Below are positions 8,034 through 14,959 of a stretch of 64,000 nucleotides of DNA, piece by piece. Position 1 is the stretch's first letter, and each line of letters begins with the position of its first letter. The DNA lies in contig JAFIFX010000011.1 in the NCBI GenBank assembly GCA_020831805.1, positions 4,648 through 68,647 on the forward strand, in the 5' to 3' direction. Source of the stretch: Planctomycetota bacterium (GTDB lineage Bacteria > Planctomycetota > Phycisphaerae > Phycisphaerales > UBA1924). Both the position numbers and the translations under genes were made by a program. The notes beneath the pieces are model-generated. The model was not told the origin of the DNA, ran no database searches, and saw nothing but the letters and a program-made list of their open reading frames with translations.

Positions 8034-10049
8034 TCAGTCCGATGCGGGGTCCGGCCGTTCGCGCGGCGCTGGTTCCCGCGGCGATGGTTCCCGTGGTACT
8101 GGTTCCCGTGGTGATGGTTCCCTCGGGGGCAGCGGCCAGGCCTCGGTCCTCTTGAGCATCTCGCCGAGCGCGGTCGCCCACGGGTCGTCCGGCCCCTTCA
8201 GCTCGGTGATCAGGTCCCGCGCCCGCTCGATGTAGACCACGCACGCCGGGTGGCGCACCTCGTAGAGCTTCAGCGCCGCGAGCGTCTGCCACACCACCGA
8301 CTCCATGGTCTTCTCGTCCGCCGTCCGGTCCGCGTTGATCCGCGCCGACTGTGCTGCCATGGGCAGCAGATTCTCGGTGTCCTCCGGCCGGATCAGCGGG
8401 AACCGCGAGACCACCTCCAGCAGCGCGATCGGCATTCCCGTCTTGTCCGAGATCGAGCGGATGATCGATTCCGCCCATTCACCGATGCTGCGATGGACGG
8501 TGTCGATCCGCTGCTGCGTCCGGGCTTCCATCCGCTCGGCGCGCTCCAGCGTTTCCCGCGCGTTCGCCGCGGTCTGTTCGGCCCACGCCTCGGCCGCGTC
8601 GCGCTGGGCCGCGGCCGTCGCCGACGCGATCTGAAACTCCGACCGCAACGATTCGCTCCGCTGATCCCATCGCCGTTCCGTCCACTGGTGCGTGCCCACG
8701 AACGCCGCCCCGGCGCCGAGCAGCAACGCGGCCGTGACCGGCGCGGCCGACCGCGCCAGCTTGCGCCGCGCGGCCCACCCGCCCGTGATCCCGGGAAGCG
8801 GCCGCCCCGCCAGCCAACGCTCCAACTGATCGCACCACGCCGTCACCGAGCACGGCCGCGACCGCGGGTCCGACGACATCGCGCCCAGGCACACCGCCCG
8901 CAGCTCGGCGCCCACCCAGGACGGGAACGATCGCTCGACCGGGACGCGATCCATCAGCAGGCCGTGCGCCTGCTGCGCGTGCTCGCCGTTCGGAAGCCGC
9001 CCCGTCAGCAGCCAGTACAGCAGCGTGCCCAGGCCGTACAGGTCCGCCGCCGGCGTCGGAAGCCCACCGTCCGAGAGCACCTCGGGCGCGACGAACGCCA
9101 GCCCGGCCTTCTCCGTGTACCGCCCGTGCGTGTCCAGCGGCTCGGGACGCAGCAGGCCGAGCCCCAGGTCCGTCAAAGCCAGCTCACCCGTGCGCGTCAC
9201 GATCACATTCGTCGGTTTGAGCCACCCGTGCGCCACGCCCATCGCGTGCAGCGGCTCGATCCCCCGCGCCACCCCCAGCGTGCGCCGGACCGCCTCGCGT
9301 GCCGCCGCCCGCCCCTCCAAAGCATCCCGACGCAACCGATCGCCGCGCACCAGCCGGTACACCAGGTACGCCTCGCCCGACGGCGCCACGCCCGCGTCGA
9401 TCAGCGGGACCACGGCGCCCCCGCCGGCACGCCGCAGCCGCTCCAGCTCCGCCGCAAAACGGTCCATCATCCCGGCCTGGTCGGACCGGCGGCGCAGCAT
9501 TTTGACCGCCACCGTCGGCGATCCCTCGCTCGTGTACGCCTCGCGGTCCACGGCTTCGTACACGGTCCCGTTCGGGCCCGATCCCACCGTCGCCAACAGC
9601 CGGTACCTCGGCTCACCGTCCACGCCCTCCGGACCGAAATCCCGGGGCAGGGGAACAGAGACGCCCTCGGCTTCCGACCCGCCATTCCGGAAACGCTCCA
9701 TCGCACGCCCCACCGCCGTCGCCGCCAGCGGGTGCGCCCGCGAGATCGATCGGCCGGCCGCGAGGTGGTCACGGCCCAGCAGAAGCGTCGATTCCAGAAC
9801 CGCCTCCACCGCCGCGCCGAGCACCGCATCGCTCTCGTACAGCCACGGCAAGGCGAGCCGGAACTCCTCGATCTCCACCACCTCGCCTTCCAGCCGCCGG
9901 AACCGCCCGTACTCTCGCACCGCGACCGCCAGCGCTTCTTCGTCCTCCGGCCCGGCCCCCGCCACGACGCGACGAAGATCGAACGACTCGCCCGAACGGA
10001 TCAACGCCCGCAGCCGCTCAAGATATCGGGTTTGTTCTGTTTCGTGCAT
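8034..10049 (-). CDS. Ser/Thr protein kinase-like membrane protein; catalytic loop is HGW rather than HRD, so possibly a pseudokinase
   Basis: Gly-loop GSGPNG, VAVKML, catalytic-loop region VAHGWLKPTNVIV, DLG and APE motifs. A TM helix (VTAALLLGAGAAFVG) and a helical ectodomain follow. The C-terminus has PREP repeats. ATG at 10049 was chosen; the ORF extends to GTG at 10085. Confidence 0.8.
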   Translation of the reverse strand: MHETEQTRYLERLRALIRSGESFDLRRVVAGAGPEDEEALAVAVREYGRFRRLEGEVVEIEEFRLALPWLYESDAVLGAAVEAVLESTLLLGRDHLAAGRSISRAHPLAATAVGRAMERFRNGGSEAEGVSVPLPRDFGPEGVDGEPRYRLLATVGSGPNGTVYEAVDREAYTSEGSPTVAVKMLRRRSDQAGMMDRFAAELERLRRAGGGAVVPLIDAGVAPSGEAYLVYRLVRGDRLRRDALEGRAAAREAVRRTLGVARGIEPLHAMGVAHGWLKPTNVIVTRTGELALTDLGLGLLRPEPLDTHGRYTEKAGLAFVAPEVLSDGGLPTPAADLYGLGTLLYWLLTGRLPNGEHAQQAHGLLMDRVPVERSFPSWVGAELRAVCLGAMSSDPRSRPCSVTAWCDQLERWLAGRPLPGITGGWAARRKLARSAAPVTAALLLGAGAAFVGTHQWTERRWDQRSESLRSEFQIASATAAAQRDAAEAWAEQTAANARETLERAERMEARTQQRIDTVHRSIGEWAESIIRSISDKTGMPIALLEVVSRFPLIRPEDTENLLPMAAQSARINADRTADEKTMESVVWQTLAALKLYEVRHPACVVYIERARDLITELKGPDDPWATALGEMLKRTEAWPLPPREPSPREPVPREPSPREPAPRERPDPASD
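8071..8130. repeat. 4 x 15-bp tandem repeat inside the kinase-like CDS, encoding (PREPx)4
   Basis: ggttcccgcggcgat / ggttcccgtggtact / ggttcccgtggtgat / ggttccctcgggggc. Confidence 0.8.
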
Positions 10050-10194
10050 GTTTGACTTCGCAACCGGATGTGAGCAACGAGCCACCCCAGCGGGTGAGTG
10101 TACAGCAGAATCGCCGGATCCCCAGCCCTCTCCGCCCGCCGATCCTCCAAATTCCAGGATCCAAGTTCAAAATCCACAGATCTGTGTTTCGGCC

Positions 10195-10228
10195 GCTCCG
10201 TTTGACACAGATCTGTGTCAAACGGAGC
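10195..10228. promoter_or_regulatory. Perfect 34-bp palindrome (candidate operator) in a divergent promoter region
   Basis: GCTCCGTTTGACACAGATCTGTGTCAAACGGAGC. Its 12-bp core CACAGATCTGTG also occurs at 10175-10186. Confidence 0.5.
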
Positions 10229-10362
10229 CCGTCGAACACGATCATGAGCATTCTTCGCGCCCCGCGATGACCAACCGGGGGTGGTTTCCGATGGTCCCCT
10301 GTACGGCCAACGGGAGACCGTGCGTGGCGGGCGCCCGTGGGTCGCAAACCGGAGGATCCCAC

Positions 10363-10716
10363 ATGCTCCTTGCCACTGCCGCCATCACGGTCGTCCTTGC
10401 CCAGACTGCCCAGATCAACCCCCAAAGCCGCACGCCCACCCCCGCGGCCCGACCCTGCGTCGCGCCGCCGCCCACGGCCGACGAGGCGTGCCGGGAATGC
10501 ATGGACGACGCATGCCGGGCGTACATCGATCAGGTCACGGAATGCGGGGACGATCAGGTCTGCCTCAGCATCGTCAGAACCAACTATGAACTCGCCCTGC
10601 TCGACTGCACGACATGCAACGAAGAGGCCCGGGCCTGGCGTGCGGTCCTCGCTGTGGTCCCGGATTCACAGCGAGCCTGGATCAACGGGATCGTCTCGCG
10701 GGAATCCGCCGACTGA
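10363..10716 (+). CDS. Small secreted Cys-rich hypothetical protein
   Basis: The ATG is preceded by GGAGGA 6 nt upstream. Signal-like MLLATAAITVVLAQTAQ. Eight Cys in CxxC-like spacing (CRECMDDAC..CGDDQVC..CTTC). Confidence 0.5.
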   Translation: MLLATAAITVVLAQTAQINPQSRTPTPAARPCVAPPPTADEACRECMDDACRAYIDQVTECGDDQVCLSIVRTNYELALLDCTTCNEEARAWRAVLAVVPDSQRAWINGIVSRESAD

Positions 10717-10732
10717 CATCCGGATCCCCGGC

Positions 10733-11116
10733 TCACAGCTTCTGCGACGCGGCCTCGCGCCCGCCGGGTTTGCTGCGCGGCCCGTACCGCTTGACCGCCA
10801 GCTCAAGGTTCTCGATCCGCAGTTCGATCGACTGCAGCTTCGATCCCAGCACGCCCATCAACTCTTCCTCGGACGCCGTCTCGAGGGCCTGCTTGCGCAC
10901 CGCCTTGATCGTCGCCGGCCCCTTGCCGAGCAGCAGCCAGTTGCCCGACACCCCGTACTTGTCGCAGATCTGGGCCAGAAACTCCGTGCTCGGCGCGTGC
11001 CCGCTCAGGTACCGCCGCACGGTTTCATGGTTCATGTCGACCATCTCCGCCACCTCGCGGATGGTCTGACCCCCGGTGATGATCCGCAGCCGTTCTGTGA
11101 GTGTGTCCGGGCGCAT
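10733..11116 (-). CDS. XRE/Cro-CI-type helix-turn-helix transcriptional regulator with C-terminal coiled coil
   Basis: HTH region GQTIREVAEMVDMNHETVRRYLSG...ICDKYGVSGNWLLLGKGP is typical of phage-repressor-like HTH. TATGAT lies 5 nt upstream of the ATG. Confidence 0.75.
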   Translation of the reverse strand: MRPDTLTERLRIITGGQTIREVAEMVDMNHETVRRYLSGHAPSTEFLAQICDKYGVSGNWLLLGKGPATIKAVRKQALETASEEELMGVLGSKLQSIELRIENLELAVKRYGPRSKPGGREAASQKL

Positions 11117-11213
11117 GCCCCATCATACCGAGCCGGACCCCGAGACAAAAGCGTCAAAGCCGGACCGGCAGACCGGGAAAGTCCCCCGCTTTGGCGCGGC
11201 CCACGCCACGAGC

Positions 11214-11260
11214 CTGTTCTGAAAGGAAGCTTGTTCTGAAAGGATGCTTGTTATGAAACA
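11214..11260. promoter_or_regulatory. 2.7 x 17-nt tandem direct repeat upstream of the HTH gene
   Basis: ctgttctgaaaggaagc / ttgttctgaaaggatgc / ttgttatgaaaca. It is AT-rich relative to its surroundings. Confidence 0.5.
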
Positions 11261-11667
11261 CAGCCCGCCGACACCGCCACCTCGTCGAGCACGTCCAGAT
11301 CCTCCGGCGACAGCGTCGACTTCAGGTCCGCGAGCACCCGATCGAACGAGGCGATCAGCCGCCGGGTCGATTCGATCGCGTTGTCCATCGAGGACTTGCC
11401 CGTCACCTGCTTGACCAGGTCGGTCCGCCGGATCTCGGCCAGGTTCCGCTCCGAGCACGCCTTCGCCGCCAGCAGCGTCTCGAGCAGCACCCGGGCTTCA
11501 TCCCGACGCTGCACCGTCTCGATCCAGACGCGGTGGGTTTGCATGGTCGCCAAAGCGAGGCCTCCGTTCCCCAAGAGCCGGGCTCCAAGCCCAGCCTCCT
11601 TCATCGGAATCCACACGCCCAATTGTCCCGCCAACTTCGCGCGAATCAAACACGTCGAGCCGAACAC
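11251..11667 (-). CDS. Hypothetical helical protein
   Basis: Maximal ORF of 138 aa. A more likely start is the internal ATG at 11544 (MQTHRVWIETV...). No recognisable motif. The opposite-strand ORFs look like shadow frames. Confidence 0.45.
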   Translation of the reverse strand: MFGSTCLIRAKLAGQLGVWIPMKEAGLGARLLGNGGLALATMQTHRVWIETVQRRDEARVLLETLLAAKACSERNLAEIRRTDLVKQVTGKSSMDNAIESTRRLIASFDRVLADLKSTLSPEDLDVLDEVAVSAGCVS

Positions 11668-11744
11668 TCACCACATCAGGGGATAAAATGGGCCCGAAAC
11701 ACGCTATCCACCGCCAAAAGTCCGGTAATCATCCATCGCCCCCC

Positions 11745-12866
11745 TCACCGGTCCCCCTCGCCCAGCCCCCCGTGCAACGCCTTGAGCGCCTCCGCCTTCT
11801 CCCGCGGCATGACCAGCGTCGCCCGCCCCGTCCGCACCACCACGAGCCCCTCACACCCCACCAGCGCCACCAGGTGCTCCCGGTCCGCCCCGCCCTCGCC
11901 GATCACGATGTTGTTGCGAGACTCGTGCACCGCCAGCCGCACCCCCGCCGAGCGGTTGCCGTCCGCGTCCGCCCCGATCGTCTCCCCGTAGCTCGGCCAC
12001 GAACCCACATCCAGCCACTTCACCGCCATGGCCACGCCAACGATCGACACATCCGGATCGCCCGACGACGGCTCCATGATCCCGTAGTCCACGCTCGTCT
12101 TCTTCAGCGTCGGATACACCGCGTCGAGCACCTGCTTCTGCTCCGGCGTGCCCCACGCCGCCGCGATCCGGCGCATGCCTTCCTTGTTCTCCGGCAGGTA
12201 CTTCTCGTACAGCGCCAGAAACCGGCGTGCGTGGAACACGAACATCCCGCTGTTCCAGAAGAACTTCCCGCTCGCAAGGTACGCCTCCGCTTTCTCCAGC
12301 GGCGGCTTCTCCACGAACCGCTCCACCCCGAACGCCGCGTCCCGCGCCGGCCCGTCCGCCCGCCCGATCGGCCCGCCCCGCTCGATGTACCCGTACCCCG
12401 TCGCCGGGTGGGTCGGCGTGATCCCGAAGGTCACCAGCCGCGAATCGTCCTCCTCCACCAGCCGAAAGCCCAGGTCCATCGCGTTGTTGAACACATCCAC
12501 CGGCGCGATCATCTGGTCCGCCGTCAGCACCGCGAACACCGCCGCCGGGTCCTCCTTCGCGAACACCGCCGCCGCGAACGCCACCGCGTTGACCGTGTCC
12601 CGCGGCGTCGGCTCGCCCAGGATCCGCGCGTCCGCCATCCCCGGCACGCCCTCCAGGATCTGCTCCCGGTACCGCTCCCCCGTGCAGATGTACCCCCGCT
12701 CCGGCTCGACGATCCCCGCCATCCGCTCCGCCGCGACCTGCAGCAGCGACACCACCGACCCGTCCTCCCGGTGGATGAACCGGATCAACTGCTTGGGCTG
12801 CCCCTCCCGGCTCATCGGCCAAAGCCGCGTCCCCGACCCGCCCGCCATGATCATCGCATATCGCAT
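11745..12866 (-). CDS. manC: Mannose-1-phosphate guanylyltransferase
   Basis: Start chosen at MRYAMIMAGGSGTRLWPMSREGQPKQLI (NTP-transferase G-loop). GYGYIE and FVEKP motifs are present. Confidence 0.85.
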   Translation of the reverse strand: MRYAMIMAGGSGTRLWPMSREGQPKQLIRFIHREDGSVVSLLQVAAERMAGIVEPERGYICTGERYREQILEGVPGMADARILGEPTPRDTVNAVAFAAAVFAKEDPAAVFAVLTADQMIAPVDVFNNAMDLGFRLVEEDDSRLVTFGITPTHPATGYGYIERGGPIGRADGPARDAAFGVERFVEKPPLEKAEAYLASGKFFWNSGMFVFHARRFLALYEKYLPENKEGMRRIAAAWGTPEQKQVLDAVYPTLKKTSVDYGIMEPSSGDPDVSIVGVAMAVKWLDVGSWPSYGETIGADADGNRSAGVRLAVHESRNNIVIGEGGADREHLVALVGCEGLVVVRTGRATLVMPREKAEALKALHGGLGEGDR

Positions 12867-12972
12867 GGGGGAGGATAGGGACGAGCCACAAGCCACTAGC
12901 CACTGGGGATCAGGGTTAGAATCGGAACCCTTGTGGCGAGTGGCCAGTCCCCAGTCCCTATCCTCCCCCATG
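12864..12972. promoter_or_regulatory. Divergent manC/ruvA control region bounded by a perfect 19-bp inverted repeat that includes both start codons
   Basis: catgggggaggatagggac (12864-12882) is the exact reverse complement of gtccctatcctcccccatg (12954-12972). Heptamer-periodic repeats (nnGTGGC, CAGTCCC) lie inside. Confidence 0.7.
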
Positions 12973-13611
12973 CTCACCCGCCTCACCGGCACCCTCGAGT
13001 CCGCCGACGACGCCCTGACCATCACCGTGGGCGATTTCGCCCTCCGCGTCGAGGCCCCGCGCTACCTGCTCGACCGCCTGGCCGACCAGACCGGCCGCCC
13101 CATCACCCTGCACACCCGCCTCGACCTCGAAAGCCACAACCAGGGCACCAGCTTCAGCCCCCGCCTGGTCGCCTTCGCCACGCCCGACGAGCGCGAGTTC
13201 TTCGACCTGTTCACCTCCGTCAAGGGCCTGGGCACCCGCCGCGCCCTGCGGGCGCTCGCCAAGGAGCCGTCCCACATCGCCGCCGCCATCGTCGCCAAGG
13301 ACGCCAAGGCCCTCCAGCAGCTCCCCGAGATCGGCAAGCGCCTGGCCGAGACCGTTATCGCCGAACTGAGCGGCAAGGTCGACCGCTTTGCCGGCGAACT
13401 GGCCATGCACCAGCTCGGCGCAACCGCCCGGGCGAGCGTCATCGAACCCGCCCGCCTCCCCCCCGCGGCCGAGGAAGCCCTCGCCGCCCTCATCGCCCTC
13501 GGCGACGCCCGCCCCGAAGCCGAACGCAAGGTCCAACTGGCCATGTCCAAAGCCGGCCCCGACGCCGACGCCAACCAACTCGTCAACACCGTCTTCGGCA
13601 CGGGCGTCTAA
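12970..13611 (+). CDS. ruvA: Holliday junction branch-migration complex subunit RuvA
   Basis: MLTRLTGTLE...; HhH region FDLFTSVKGLGTRRALRAL and LQQLPEIGKRLAETVIAEL; C-terminal domain ALIALGD. Confidence 0.9.
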   Translation: MLTRLTGTLESADDALTITVGDFALRVEAPRYLLDRLADQTGRPITLHTRLDLESHNQGTSFSPRLVAFATPDEREFFDLFTSVKGLGTRRALRALAKEPSHIAAAIVAKDAKALQQLPEIGKRLAETVIAELSGKVDRFAGELAMHQLGATARASVIEPARLPPAAEEALAALIALGDARPEAERKVQLAMSKAGPDADANQLVNTVFGTGV

Positions 13612-13613
13612 TC

Positions 13614-13790
13614 CCTGGAGCGGGGGCCTTCCAGGCCCCCGATCGCCCGCAGGGCGATGCCACCCTCTTGGTAGGGCCGGCTTCAAGCCGGCCTCCAGCC
13701 GCGGGCCGACCCTCCCCCCAATGGGACGGGCTTCCAGCCCGTCTCTTCTGCTTGGTGGCACAGGCGTCCCGCCTGTATCCTCCCGCCGGA
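13614..13790. repeat. Cluster of REP-like GC-rich hairpins
   Basis: Hairpins gggggcc-ttcca-ggccccc, atcgccc-gca-gggcgat, ggccggc-ttcaa-gccggcc, gacgggc-ttcca-gcccgtc and acaggcg-tcc-cgcctgt. The first ~80 nt are homologous to 15291-15370. Confidence 0.8.
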
Positions 13791-13795
13791 TCGCC

Positions 13796-14125
13796 TCATA
13801 CATCGTCAAAGTACCCCGGCACGCCGATGCTCGCGATCGTCACGCCCGAGTCGTGCGCCAATCGGCCATCCTCATCGAGTTCAAATGTCAGCGCCAGCGA
13901 AAGCGAGGGCACCACGCAAACGCTGCGTTCGTCAATGAAGAACGGGATGCTCTCCAACCATCGCATCAACGCTCCGAACGCGAGCGGGATCGGTTGGCCA
14001 TCGGTGCCCATCAACTCTTGTGGCTCAGCCACCTCGATGTACTCGACGCGGTCGTGCGTGTCGTAAAAAACGAAGATACTTTGGTCGATCACGCCTGTCG
14101 GGCTGGCCGAGGCGGGCGTCTTCAT
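13796..14125 (-). CDS. Small hypothetical protein (orphan, lower G+C)
   Basis: Start chosen at ATG 14125 (MKTPASASPTGVIDQSIFVFYDTHDRVEYIEV...), with AGGAG 3 nt upstream. The ORF is open up to 14437. No recognisable motif. Confidence 0.45.
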   Translation of the reverse strand: MKTPASASPTGVIDQSIFVFYDTHDRVEYIEVAEPQELMGTDGQPIPLAFGALMRWLESIPFFIDERSVCVVPSLSLALTFELDEDGRLAHDSGVTIASIGVPGYFDDV

Positions 14126-14344
14126 AAACTCCTGATACCGCCCGCGAAATCGCGTTGCAATGCTGCCGCGTTCCGCTCCGAGCAGAACTCCCGCCGCGCC
14201 GGTTCCAACTTGCATGGGCGATACCTCCGCTTTGCCCGTCTGCGTCGGGCACCCTGCGAAGACATTCTTGCTCGCTCGGCGTGAGCGAGCGGTTGGCGTG
14301 CCGAGGGCTGAACGCGAGGAGAAGCTCACCCGCTCCCGAGCGAT

Positions 14345-14425
14345 GCGAAGACCTCTCCCCCCGCTGGCGCGAGCACCTCGGAACATCACAAGATTGAACC
14401 ACCGAACACCGGTGTGCCGCCCCCC
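14345..14425 (+). repeat. 81-nt direct repeat, copy 1; matches the 3' end and downstream flank of gene 14470..14850
   Basis: About 77/81 identical to 14798-14878. It encodes ...EDLSPRWREHLGTSQD* in the frame of ORF 14155..14397. Confidence 0.85.
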
Positions 14426-14469
14426 AAACCAATCCAACCAACCGGCCCATGTCCCTCCAATGATCCCCC

Positions 14470-14850
14470 GTGCCCAAAGTCGTCCGCCTCGCCATGCCGC
14501 TCGCGTACCTGCGTCTCGCCGCCTGCCAGGTGGCGATCTGGGCCGGTTTCGCTGCGATCCCGGCGACCACGCTTGTCTACGAATCGCTCACACAACGCCG
14601 CATGACCCTCGCCAGCGCCGCCGGCATCACGACACTGGCGACCATGGCCGCCCTCACCCTCGGTGTGGTGGTGCTGCTCTTCAAGATCCTTCGCACAAAC
14701 CGCACCCTCAAGGCCAACCCCCACGCCTGCCTCAACTGCCTCTACGACCTCGCGCCCGACCAACGGATCTGCCCCGAATGCGGCCGCACCCAGAACCGCG
14801 AAGACCTCTCCCCCCGCTGGCGCGACGACCTCGGAACATCACAAGATTGA
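14470..14850 (+). CDS. Membrane protein with C-terminal CxxC...CPEC zinc ribbon
   Basis: 126 aa with a GTG start (alternative ATG at 14494). Hydrophobic helices (VAIWAGFAAIPATTLVY, ITTLATMAALTLGVVVLLF) are followed by ACLNCLYDLAPDQRICPECG. Confidence 0.6.
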   Translation: MPKVVRLAMPLAYLRLAACQVAIWAGFAAIPATTLVYESLTQRRMTLASAAGITTLATMAALTLGVVVLLFKILRTNRTLKANPHACLNCLYDLAPDQRICPECGRTQNREDLSPRWRDDLGTSQD

Positions 14851-14878
14851 ACCGCCGAACACCGGTGTGCCTCCCCCC
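14798..14878 (+). repeat. 81-nt direct repeat, copy 2
   Basis: See copy 1. It covers the last 17 codons, the stop and 28 nt downstream of gene 14470..14850. Confidence 0.85.
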
Positions 14879-14924
14879 GATGTCCACCTTTGTGCGCTGT
14901 TTCATGGACATCCCAAAATCCCCC

Positions 14925-14952
14925 TTGACCCCGCCCGGGTACCCTGTATCTT
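14925..14952 (+). promoter_or_regulatory. Sigma70-like promoter (TTGACC-N16-TATCTT), 7 nt upstream of the ATG at 14960
   Basis: TTGACC at 14925-14930 and TATCTT at 14947-14952. The spacing implies a leaderless or near-leaderless transcript. Confidence 0.5.
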
Positions 14953-14959
14953 CGTGGGC

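Noticed and set aside
8031-8036. The abutting dut and kinase-like gene stop codons form the palindrome TGATCA.
   Set aside because: This is a coincidental consequence of two convergent TGA stops. No further structure or significance is evident.
12910-12932. GGGTT-agaatcgg-AACCC hairpin as part of a tRNA T-arm.
   Set aside because: No acceptor, D or anticodon arms can be drawn around it. It sits at the centre of the palindromic manC/ruvA intergenic region.
14155-14397. 80-aa ORF ending in ...EDLSPRWREHLGTSQD as a real zinc-ribbon family gene.
   Set aside because: Only the last ~17 codons, which lie within the 81-nt repeat, resemble the family. There are no TM helices or ribbon upstream. It is best read as a recombination relic.
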